The position numbers and the translations under genes are program-made. Positions 54,763 through 64,000 of a stretch of DNA of 64,000 bases are shown here, in pieces. The notes under the pieces are model-generated. The model was not told the DNA's origin, did not search any database, and was given only the letters and a program-made list of their open reading frames with translations. This stretch comes from Diplonema japonicum. Lineage: Eukaryota; Protista; Euglenozoa: Diplonemea. The stretch is taken from contig OZ025657.1 in assembly GCA_964019335.1 (NCBI GenBank), forward strand, positions 620,001-684,000. The letters run 5' to 3'. The first letter of the stretch is position 1; each line of letters starts with the position of its first letter.

Positions 54763-55686
54763 TTTTTATTTTACTTTAAAAATGGACTTTGAGGGGAAAA
54801 AAAAAGAGAAAAAAAAAAGGGAACACAAAAAAAAAGGTAGAACACAAAGAGAAAAAAAAAAAACGATAAAGAATCTTTCTCGTTTTTTTCTTCTTTCTTT
54901 TTCTTTGTTTTCCTCCTTTCTTTTTTTATTTATTTTTTTTTCGTAAGCAAAACCAATTATTAACTTTCCCCTCCCCCCTAAAAATCTTAGAAAAGGGAAG
55001 GGAAAGGGGGGCGGGGGAAGGGGAGGGAAGGGAAGGGGGGCGGGGGAAGGGGAGGGAAGGGGATTTCAGAAGTATTTTTTTCTTCTTCTTTTTTTTTCCT
55101 ATGGTCGAGGCTAACACTTCGTCCTTCTCCTTTGAATCCATTTTTATACTAATTTACCCCCTTTTTTTTTCGAACAAGGTATTCTTTAAACCCTTTTTGC
55201 TGACCTATGTATGTTGCTAGTTAAAAATGTCAATTTTCCTTATCAAGGGTCCAATAGAGCGAAAATGCCTCTTGTGTGTCCTTGATAGAATAAATATGGT
55301 GAGGTGAAGGGAGAACTGTGGTCCGCCCCCTTTTCTTCCAAACACATGAAGTACTTTTAAAGGCAAAACGAAAAAAAAATGCAAAAAAAAAAAAAAGAAA
55401 AAAAAAAAAAAAAAAAAAAAAAACCAAAAGATGAAATACTACACAAACTTACCTCTTTTCCTGAGCTTTAGTTTTTTTTTCCTCTCACGACCAAGATCTT
55501 TGTGAAAATTTACTTACAACACACTAGTAAAAGCGCTGAGAAAAAAAAGAGGTAGCAGATTTAAGGAAAGAACAGAACGGGAGAAAGGTGACTAGAAGCA
55601 AGGAGAAGAAATCATTTTTTTTTTCGACCTTTTATATCTGTTCCCCCCTCTTTATTTCCATTTCTCTCTTTCCCCTTCTTTCTAGG

Positions 55687-55727
<41 letters not shown>

Positions 55728-57170
55728 GAAAGAAAATACAAAAAAAAAAAAAAAAAACTGACTCATAAAAAAAAAATAGAATGGAAGAAGGAAAAAAAAA
55801 AAAAAGTGTGTGTTTCTACTACCTCTATGTGCCCTTTCCCCCTTTTTTTCAGTGTGATTTCTTCTTGAACTCCTTGCGCAGTGAAAATTTTTATCGAAAT
55901 TTTTTCTTGCTAACAACTTGACGATGGCCCGGTTCCTCTTTTTTTTATTGTTCTTTTTTCTCTTTTTTTTTCTGTTTCTCCTTCGCGCTTAAGGTCCTAA
56001 GGTGACTCTCCAGATAGAAAGGAGTCCAGCACTTCTCCCCCATCATTTGTTGTTTGCACATCATTGCAACCCTTATGTTTTTTTTTTTTTTTTTTTTTTT
56101 CCCCTTGGGGGAGAAGTATTCTCTTTCTCTCTTTTTTTTCTCCTCCAAACAAGTCTTTTTTTCGGACAATGGACTCGAAGAAAAAAAAGAGAGAGGTACA
56201 GAGAAAGGAAAAATCAATGAGGACAAGCTTCTTCATTTCAACGGCCTAAGGTCGAGGTCAAACCAATTTAAAGATGCCCTACAGATGGCCTCGAGACCCA
56301 GAACCCGTCCCCCCTTTTTTTTTCATACCCCCTCCTTCTTTCATGAGATGCTTGGAAGAAAAAAAAAAGAAAAAAGGGTTGTTTTTTTTGTTTATATATT
56401 CCATAGTTTCCTTCAAATGGGCATTCCTGAAAAAAAAAAAGGAATGTCATAAAAAATGACAATGAGGATACACAAGGAACTGACAAGGAGTGGAAAATAT
56501 ATAAAAAAAAGAAATTGGATGATTCATATCTCTAAAGTTGTTTTATAAGGTTCGAAAAAGAAGAAGAAAAAATAAATAAAGAAAAAAAAAAAAAGGGCAA
56601 AAGGTTCAGACTTTTTTTTCCCCCTCTTTTTTTTCTGCGGCATTTATTTTTTTGCCCTGTGCTTTTGAACACTTTTAACTGAACAGAAAGATGTGAAACC
56701 ATTTACAAAATAAATAAATAAAAAGAAATGAGGTGGAGAGTGTGTTTGAAGCACCTCCATGAAACCCCCCCCCCCCCCCCCCCCCAAGTGTGTTTTGAGC
56801 CATTGTGATGTAGGAGGGGTTTTTTTTTTAAATATTTTTTTTTTATTTAACTCGAGCCGGGTTTTCAAGGGTGGGAGTGAAAATAAGATTTTACTTTATG
56901 TCACTCCCAGTTCACCCATTGCACCTAGACTCCCCCTTCGTCCTTTATAACAGAAAGGCAACCGAAAGCAATGGGAACAGACGAAGTACGACGGCAGAGG
57001 TGTTGGACCAGACTCTTCGAGTAAACCAGCAGCACAGCCGTCGCAACGAGCATTTGGGCAAGCCACAGTTAGACCAGCCTTCATCATCATCAACAACAAC
57101 TGAAATTTAGCGAGGGTGTCTGTAGCCTTCCACCCTTTCAAACCTGGTTCTTGTTAAATAAAACAACGTA

Positions 57171-57289
57171 TTAAGTGAAAGTAAGCATTATACCACTTGT
57201 GGTGGCAGGTTTAACTCGTAGCTTTACTGGATCTGCTCGTTAACCCCCTGCCACCACGCGTGATATAATGGTATCTTATTTTCACTTGA
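57171..57289 (+). ncRNA. Long imperfect RNA hairpin (pre-miRNA-like); function unknown
   Basis: Nested complementary blocks, including a perfect 11-bp GTGGTGGCAGG/CCTGCCACCAC. G-U pairs favour the plus strand. Confidence 0.4.
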
Positions 57290-57413
57290 CGGCTATTATT
57301 TTTTTTTGACCCCCCCTTTTTTCCCCTTCTTTGTTCTGGTTTGTTCGGGTCCCCCCCCCCCCCCCCCCCCCCCGAAGCCTCTATTCGTGGAAAGTGACCA
57401 ACGTAATATCAAA

Positions 57414-57626
57414 TTAACCTGATGCACAGAAAAAGACCAACCAGATTGGGAGAAACTGAATCTAGGGTCTTTGGAAAAAAAAAAAAAAAAAAAGAGGAGA
57501 TTTTCAATAAAAAAGGCAAGACGCGCGCTGATGACGAAACAAGTGAAGAAACAGGGTCAGGGACCTCCGAGGCTGTCGAGAATGACGAGGAGGGCATGAA
57601 TGAGGTCGCCGTGTGCATCAGGTTAA
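57414..57626. mobile_element. Candidate piggyBac-type MITE, or a long-range RNA stem
   Basis: Perfect 15-bp inverted repeat TTAACCTGATGCACA / TGTGCATCAGGTTAA with TTAA at both outer ends. Confidence 0.45.
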
Positions 57627-60600
57627 GATAATTGAGCCTCGTTTTTTTTTCTATTTCTCGAGACTTTTTGAAGGGGGGAATCTAAAGGGCTCCCGCGCTC
57701 TGACGAAAGTAAGAAGTGAACCTACAAAAAAAAGATTCTTCCAGAAAATTGCGCCTTTAGTCAAATGTACGCGAATATGGCTTCCCCCCCCCCCCCCCCC
57801 CCTCCCACCTTTTCCCCTTCCCAACTCCCCGGGAAAAAAAATTTTTGGGAGAAAAAAAAATGTTGGGTGTTATTTCTCCTCGCCCTCTCCCTCCACCTTT
57901 TTATCTTTCATTCTTCTTTCCTTGTGCTTTCCCCCCCCCTCCCCCCCCAATCTTCGGCACTAGAATTTGTTGTTGGTTTGTTCTGAAAAGGTGAACCTTC
58001 TTCTCAAATTCACTTAGTTGCTGTAACTCGTACAAGGCCTAAGGAGGCGTTCCGGAAAAAAAAAAGTGGAGCAGAGGGAAACAGGAGAATGGCCCTCTCT
58101 TCTTTTTTTTATAAAAGAGAATCTTGTGTAGCATAGTTAGTTGGCGAGAGAGGGGGGGGGGGGGGGGGAGGAGGAAATGAAAAAAATCCATTTGGAGACC
58201 GGTGTGATGAGAATTGAAAATATACTTCATGAAATAAAGAAAAAAAAAAAAAAAAAAAAGTGACAAACTCTTTTTTGTGTCCCCATCCCACTCACTTTCT
58301 CCCCCTTTTTTTCTTTTTTTGTCCCTGCCTGTCAATCATATCTTTTCTGTTCAACAATGAAGAAAAATTGTTTTTTTTTCTTATTCTTTTTTTTTCTTTT
58401 TTTCTTTTCCTTTCATCATCACTCCTATCCATGATTTTTTTCTTCTTCTTATTTATTTTTTTTATAATTTTTTTTTTGTGTGTGCTCACCACTGTTACAC
58501 AGCTCACTCCTCTCACCTTGGCGCTTGTGGCAGATGGTAGCTGAACCGTTCTCTGCAGAAGAGGGGGGGGGGGGGGAGGGAATCTGTCAGACCAACTAGG
58601 AAAATAAATAGGGGCAAAACTGCGGGGGCAAAAGAAAGAAAATCCTTTTACGCCAAAAAAAAAAGGAGGAAAAACAAACCTGCCCCCATATGAAATTTCT
58701 TTTGGTGCAAACTGGATTACTTGGAGAAAAAAAAAATGATACTCAGCTGCGTAGGATCTACAAATACATTTTTTTTTTTTTAGTAGATTCCAAAAAGTAA
58801 AATCCGGTATTTATGCACTCAACGCCAGAAGGAGGGGGTAAAAAAAGAACCCTCCTTCATCTTTGTTCTTTTTTTTGATCAACAATACCACCCCTATCCT
58901 CAGGAAAACAATTGGGTCTAAATGGGGATTTTTTGGTGTACATAACATGACTCGCCTATTTCTTTCTCTTACTCTTGACACAGAGTGTTACCTTATGGTG
59001 TGTACCGATTTCAACAGCAGAGACCGCCTCCTTGGTACTCACGTGCCTTTGGTGGATGTGTTGCTCGCCCTTCCAGTGCGTGGTTCTGATCCCTCTCTTA
59101 CTTTCCTATCTCTTTCCGGGTCACATATAGCGTAGACCAGTGAGAAGGAGGGGAATTTTTTTCAAGATTTTTCCCCCACCCCACTTTTTTTTTTTTTCTT
59201 TCTTTCTTTTATGCTCACTCTGTTTCTGATTCCCTTACGTTATGTTCATCCCCCCCCTCCTTTTTTTTCCTGTTTCTTTTTTTTTGTGCTATTGTTGCCC
59301 TCCCCTCCCCCTTTTTTTTCGCCCAAAAAAAAATTATTGAGGGAAAAATCTTTTTTTTTTTTACTACAACAGCCAAACTGCAAAAATAAAAGAAAAGATT
59401 ACAAAAAGAAAAGAACAAAGAAACCCCCCCCCCCCCCCCCCCACACCCCATCAGGAAAAAAAAATGGGCTATTTTTTTTTGTACAAAGCAGGGTATTATG
59501 TGGAAGAATTTCTTCGTAACTGTCTGCTTAGAAAAAGAAATATATATATTTTACCAACCGATGCTGAAGGCGTTGAAAGAAAAAAAATAAAAGAGGGGGG
59601 AACAAAATCTTTTTTCAGGCGATCCTGTCACATACTGCAGGTTCCCTTCAAGACTCCTTTTTCTTCAGTATTCAGGATGTGGTATCTTGTAAGGCTTTCT
59701 GGAGAGGGGAGAGGCACAGATGGGCTGTTGTAATGGGTCATGAAACACTAAAAAAAATAAAGAAGAATTACTTGATCCTCTGGATGCCGCCCTCTCTCTC
59801 TCACCCCCCCCCCCCCCCCCCCGCGTTATTTTTATTTTTTTAAATCTTCTTTTTTCTGCTTCCGTGTTTTTATGTATCAGTTCAGTCCCCTTTTTATTTG
59901 AGCAGGAAAAAATTAAAAAAAAGAGCTTGTCTCCTCTCCCCGCTCTATCATCAGCACCCCCCCCCATTCTTTCTCTCAGCGAATCATCATTTCATTTTTT
60001 ATTATCCCCTTCTATTTTTTTTTCTTGAAACTTCATTTTTTTTTCCACCTTCTTCTTCTCCCGTTTCCCCGTTTCCGACAAAAAAAAGGTAGAACGAATT
60101 GGGGGGAAAGGGGGGGGGTGAGGAATATTTTTTATTTCTCTCTTTTTTCTTAAAAAATACCTCCCTCAGCCCGCCCACCCAAAAAAAAAAAAAAAAAAAA
60201 AAAAAAGCTCGCTCCAGGGGAAAAAAAAAGAGCACCAACCTATACCATGGGTGTTGCAATCTGCCTCTGTTCCCTCGCTGTCTGGGAAGGAGAAAAAAAA
60301 AAAAGAAATACAAAAAAAAAGGGAAGAAAAATGCCACTTTTCTTTTTATTTATTAAAAAAAAGAGTGCCCTTATTTTTCTTCTTCTTTTCCCATCCCTTG
60401 GAAGGGGGATTCTATAAATTATTTTTTTCTTCAACGAGGGGGGTTCTTACAATTAAGCATGGAATAACAGAGAGGGAGAAAAGGGGGTTTTTAGGAAGAA
60501 TGTGTAAATACACCACTGGTCGCTTCCCTCACCCCCCCCTTTTTTTTCTAGGTTTCACAACATACATGAAATACTGTAAAGTGAAAAGAGAAAGAAACCT

Positions 60601-61394
60601 ATGGGCGAACACTAAAAACTTTCGAACACGGATAAAAAAAATCTGAAAAAAAAAAGCAAAAGAAAAAAAAAAAAAAGGAAACTGGACAGTTGTCCGTCCA
60701 GCACCTTTTTTTTACTTCATTCTCTTTTTTTTTTCCTCTTTTTTTTAACAATCTCTTTTTTTATCTCCCTTGCACAAGACAGCGTGTCTCATGTTTATAG
60801 GAGAAATGGGGGAGGGGGAAAGAGTTGAAAAAAAAACTCGTTTTTCTTCTCTTCGTTCTGCCTTATGGTGAGTTTTTTTTTTTTTTAAACAAAGGCTGCA
60901 ACGCCTACCCGCCCTCTTTTTTTTTTCTTCTCATTTTTCTTCTTTCGGGAGTGTAAAAGTATAGACACTGTTTTTTATTTTAATTTCTAGGGAGGAAAAA
61001 AAAAAATCTAGAACTGCTAAAAGAAGAAAAAAAAATACAAATACGACACAAAAAAAAGAAGAACGAATATTTTGAGGCGAAAAGGAGAAAATGGGGAAGT
61101 TTTGAAGAATTGAACACAAAAGAAAAGAAGTTAAAAGCTGTCCCCACCCCCACCCTTTCCCCGGCTAAAGTTTATTTTATATACCTTATTTAACTGTCAA
61201 TGTCCCCCCCCCCCCCCCCCCACTCCATCCCACCTTTTTTCTTTATTATTATATTCCTATCTTTTTATTATTTTATTTTTTACCCCCCTTTTTTTTTCTC
61301 ATTTTATTATTTTATTTTATAGCATCAATGCCGTCAAAGAATTATTTAACATTTATACAAAAAGAAGAAAAAAAAAGAAGCAGATAACCCACAC

Positions 61395-62184
61395 ATGTCC
61401 AATATTACTGATGTATATGAGCGAGATTGCAAAGAGCACCTCAGGCTTGCCCAAGAGGTGTTAGCCCTGCTGAGCCAATGTGACTCGTACGACGTTGCGA
61501 CAAGGAAGCAGGTGATGGAGGGGTACGAGGCGCTGGACTGTGCGACAGATGCGGTGAGGTCGATGGAACCAGAGTGCGTCAACAATTTAGAACTAAAAAA
61601 GCGGATCGCGGAGTTCAAAAAGGAAATCAACAAGAATAAGAGAGAGATGGAAAAATCCGAGTATGGGGAAAGAAAAAAAAAAAAAAAAAAAAAAAAAGAT
61701 TGAAACTCAAGCGAAAACAATTGTTCGATGGCAGCGGGGGAGGAGGAGGGGGCACAGGGGGTGATGTAGACGACGAAGATTTCGACCACAAAGGGTTCAT
61801 GAATGACCAAACAAGAAGGACAGATGAACAGGTAGAAAGAAGGGGTAAAACGGGTTTACAGAAAAAAATAAATAAATAAAGACTCGGCGGATAGGTGATG
61901 CTGTGAAGCTCTGTGCAGAGACCGAGCAGGTTGGGGGGAGGATAATCACAGACTTGCATGGGCAGAGGGTCCAGGTGGTTGATATGATGGATAGTGTTGA
62001 CGAAACGAATAGAGAGGTGTGTGCGGTGAAATGGGGAAAAAAAAAAAAAAAAAAAAAGGTAACCGCTGGCCGTGCGATCTTGAACCGGATACAACGAAAA
62101 ATCATCCAAAACAAGGCGATAATGTACGGCATGATCGTGCTGCTCCTCATCATGATCATCATCATAGTGTGGGTCAACCTTTAG
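61395..62184 (+). CDS. VTI1: Qb-SNARE, Vti1-like, 4 exons
   Basis: Habc-like N-terminus (DVYERD), SNARE motif ETEQVG..I...L..QR, C-terminal TM. Introns 61661-61698, 61832-61881 and 62017-62058 give one continuous frame. Confidence 0.85.
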
Positions 62185-62402
62185 GAAAGGAGTTTCCTCG
62201 CTGCCCTTCCACATTTGTGCCATTCTTCTTCTTCTTTTTTTTTTTTTAATACACGCTGCTAACCCTCTTTTTTTTGTCTCTCCTTTCTTTGCTTCGTTTC
62301 TTTTGCCCCCCCCCCCCCTCGTTTTTGTTGCTTTTTCGCCAGTTCGGGTGAGTGTACATGTATTTGATGGTTTCCTTCTTTTCTCCACAACCACAGGTCA
62401 TC

Positions 62403-64000
62403 ATGCCTTTACTATGGGGGCTCTTCTCACTGCCCACAGTGAGCGAGTTTGGTATTGCAGCCATGCTAGGGAAGATAGGCGCAGGGTGTATAGGAGGCAT
62501 GCCTGGGTACTATTGGCCTGCTGACAGAACCATCCGAGGCCTGGCCTTTTTGAGAATGCCCAGCGAAGAGGAGCTTAAAGCTCATGACCTGCACAAGAAG
62601 AAGGCCCCGATGGCACTGAGCTGCGACAGCCTGGTGAAGGGAGACCTTTACAGTCTGCCTTTCTCCACGGGGTTCATGGTCTTGGTGAACGCGATGATCC
62701 TGCTGACGGCCATCTACCCCCTCAGGTGGCTCTGGGACGAGGCGATGACCCATTCACCCCCGCAGGGCATGGTGCGCGCACTCAACTTCTCTCCCTCCGA
62801 CACTGGTGCTGCAGCCGTTCTCTTGATCTCTGTCACCATGCTCCTCGGCCTCCAGCGCACTTGTTACTCCAACAAGGAGGCTGTCGGCATGGGTGGCACC
62901 TACGCAGCCCTTGTGGCAGCCATCGCAGCCTTCGGCGTCATCTGCACAGAGGAGATCACTGCGCTGCAGTTCGGGTTTCATGCGTCGTTGCTGGACTTCA
63001 ATAGTTATCTGGAAGGCTTCCAGGTGCGGCATGAGGTGGCCCCCTGGTACTACTCGCTGACCCTGCCGGGGTACTTGACGTCGTCCCTGCTGAGCACCTT
63101 GTGCATCTTCGTGTCCTACGGCCTGACGTCTGCCACATGGAGGCTGGTGAGGTGTCATTATCAGCACAGCGACAGGGCGGCTAGCAGCTTGGCATCCATC
63201 GAGGAGGCTAGGGCTAAGTTCCTGCTCGAGTACAAACTTGGCAAGGTGAACGTACAGGACGGGGACCAGCAGCAACCGCCCACGAACCCCTTGGACAAGG
63301 CGACCGTTGCCGAGCAGTACTACACGTTCTTCTTGAAGCTCTTGTCGTGGGTCTCGCTCACGTTGCCTTTCATGATTGCGAGCACCTTCGTGGGGTCGGA
63401 GAGGTTCACCGCTGACGTGAAGCACATGCGTCTCTGGCTGTGTGTTATGCTCATCGCCTCAAGGCTGTGGCTTTTCAGGTATAAAAATGACAACAACAAC
63501 AACAACAACAGACCGTACCTGCAGACCTACCTGCACCGCGACGTCAACGAGGCGATGATGCAGAGCAAGAACTCAAAGCAATTTGCGTATGGAACTGATA
63601 AAGAAAAAAAGAAAAACTGAACTGAAACGCTCACATCACAGTGAGGTGCTGTCGGGGGTCCACACCAGGGCAGTTGCCCTTCTAGCACGAACAAGCATTC
63701 TGCTCATGGCGCCGATTGGAGTGTATTTGGCCCTGACCGTGTTGAGCCACAGGCTCTTGGTATGCACAACTCAATGCCACCACCACCAACAGGACACACC
63801 CGCTACAGACAACCCTGAGCACATCCTGGCGAACATCTTCGCTCCACGCCTTGTAGCTTCTGAGTACGCCGCCCCCGAAGATGTGGCACCGAAAGCCTTC
63901 TTCGCCAACGTGGTGGGCATCGCCATGTTCTGGATGGCAGCTTCAGAGAGCTTCTTCATCTTGTTCTACTGCACATACCGCTGGGGTCTTCGCTTCTTGA
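62403..64000 (+). CDS. TMEM161-like multi-pass membrane protein (runs off window end)
   Basis: GL.FLR.PS.EEL near the N-terminus, many TM helices, R.WLFR|PYLQTYL. Introns 63479-63511, 63587-63641 and 63760-63792. Probable 5'UTR intron 62348-62396. Confidence 0.7.

Noticed and set aside
56896-57141. Minus-strand ORF with CPxxxC...CxxC...FC, resembling an IBR zinc finger
   Set aside because: Later ligands are missing (FCYKG, no His), spacing is off, no RING exons were found nearby, and it is antisense to the cluster.
57528-57545. CTGATGACGAAAC hammerhead-like core, and similar motifs in the satellite
   Set aside because: No stem II between CUGAUGA and GAAA and no closing stems I/III.
1-64000. 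tRNA, rRNA, full SL RNA gene, telomerase template or telomeric arrays
   Set aside because: No convincing T-loop/cloverleaf, rRNA motifs, complete SL exon or CCCTAA repeats were seen by eye.

Overview
Gene-dense eukaryotic DNA with euglenozoan-style organisation, most consistent with a diplonemid-like protist. That assignment is an inference from unidirectional gene clusters, 65-90 nt intergenic gaps, a triosephosphate isomerase ending in the peroxisomal signal SKL, and many tiny cis-introns, which kinetoplastids lack. About 19 genes lie on the minus strand (1-34.4 kb) and 9 on the plus strand (42-64 kb). They diverge from a 7.6-kb strand-switch region filled with CpG-depleted satellite and transposon remnants. 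Recognisable genes: phosducin-like protein, BTB protein, PUF protein, DDRGK1, GT61 glycosyltransferase, IFRD, amidase-fold protein, TPI, NAAA/acid ceramidase, DUF4246, adenylate cyclase, macrodomain, WLM-like protease, PI-PLC, PanB-PanE fusion, OGFOD3, AlkB, NDK, Vti1 SNARE and TMEM161. I reconstructed 19 GT-AG introns of 30-55 nt by hand; most have A/CA-rich rather than pyrimidine-rich 3' ends. Best leads: (1) a BTB protein fused to a cullin-type neddylation winged helix; (2) the poly(A)/CA intron acceptor pattern; (3) CpG-specific decay of repeats in the strand-switch region; (4) a mitochondrial-presequence-like ORF one base out of frame with glycosomal TPI; (5) a catalytically dead, probably mitochondrial amidase; (6) a 6.6-kb gene-free block with a long pre-miRNA-like hairpin. 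No database searches were run; all calls are from motif recognition by eye.
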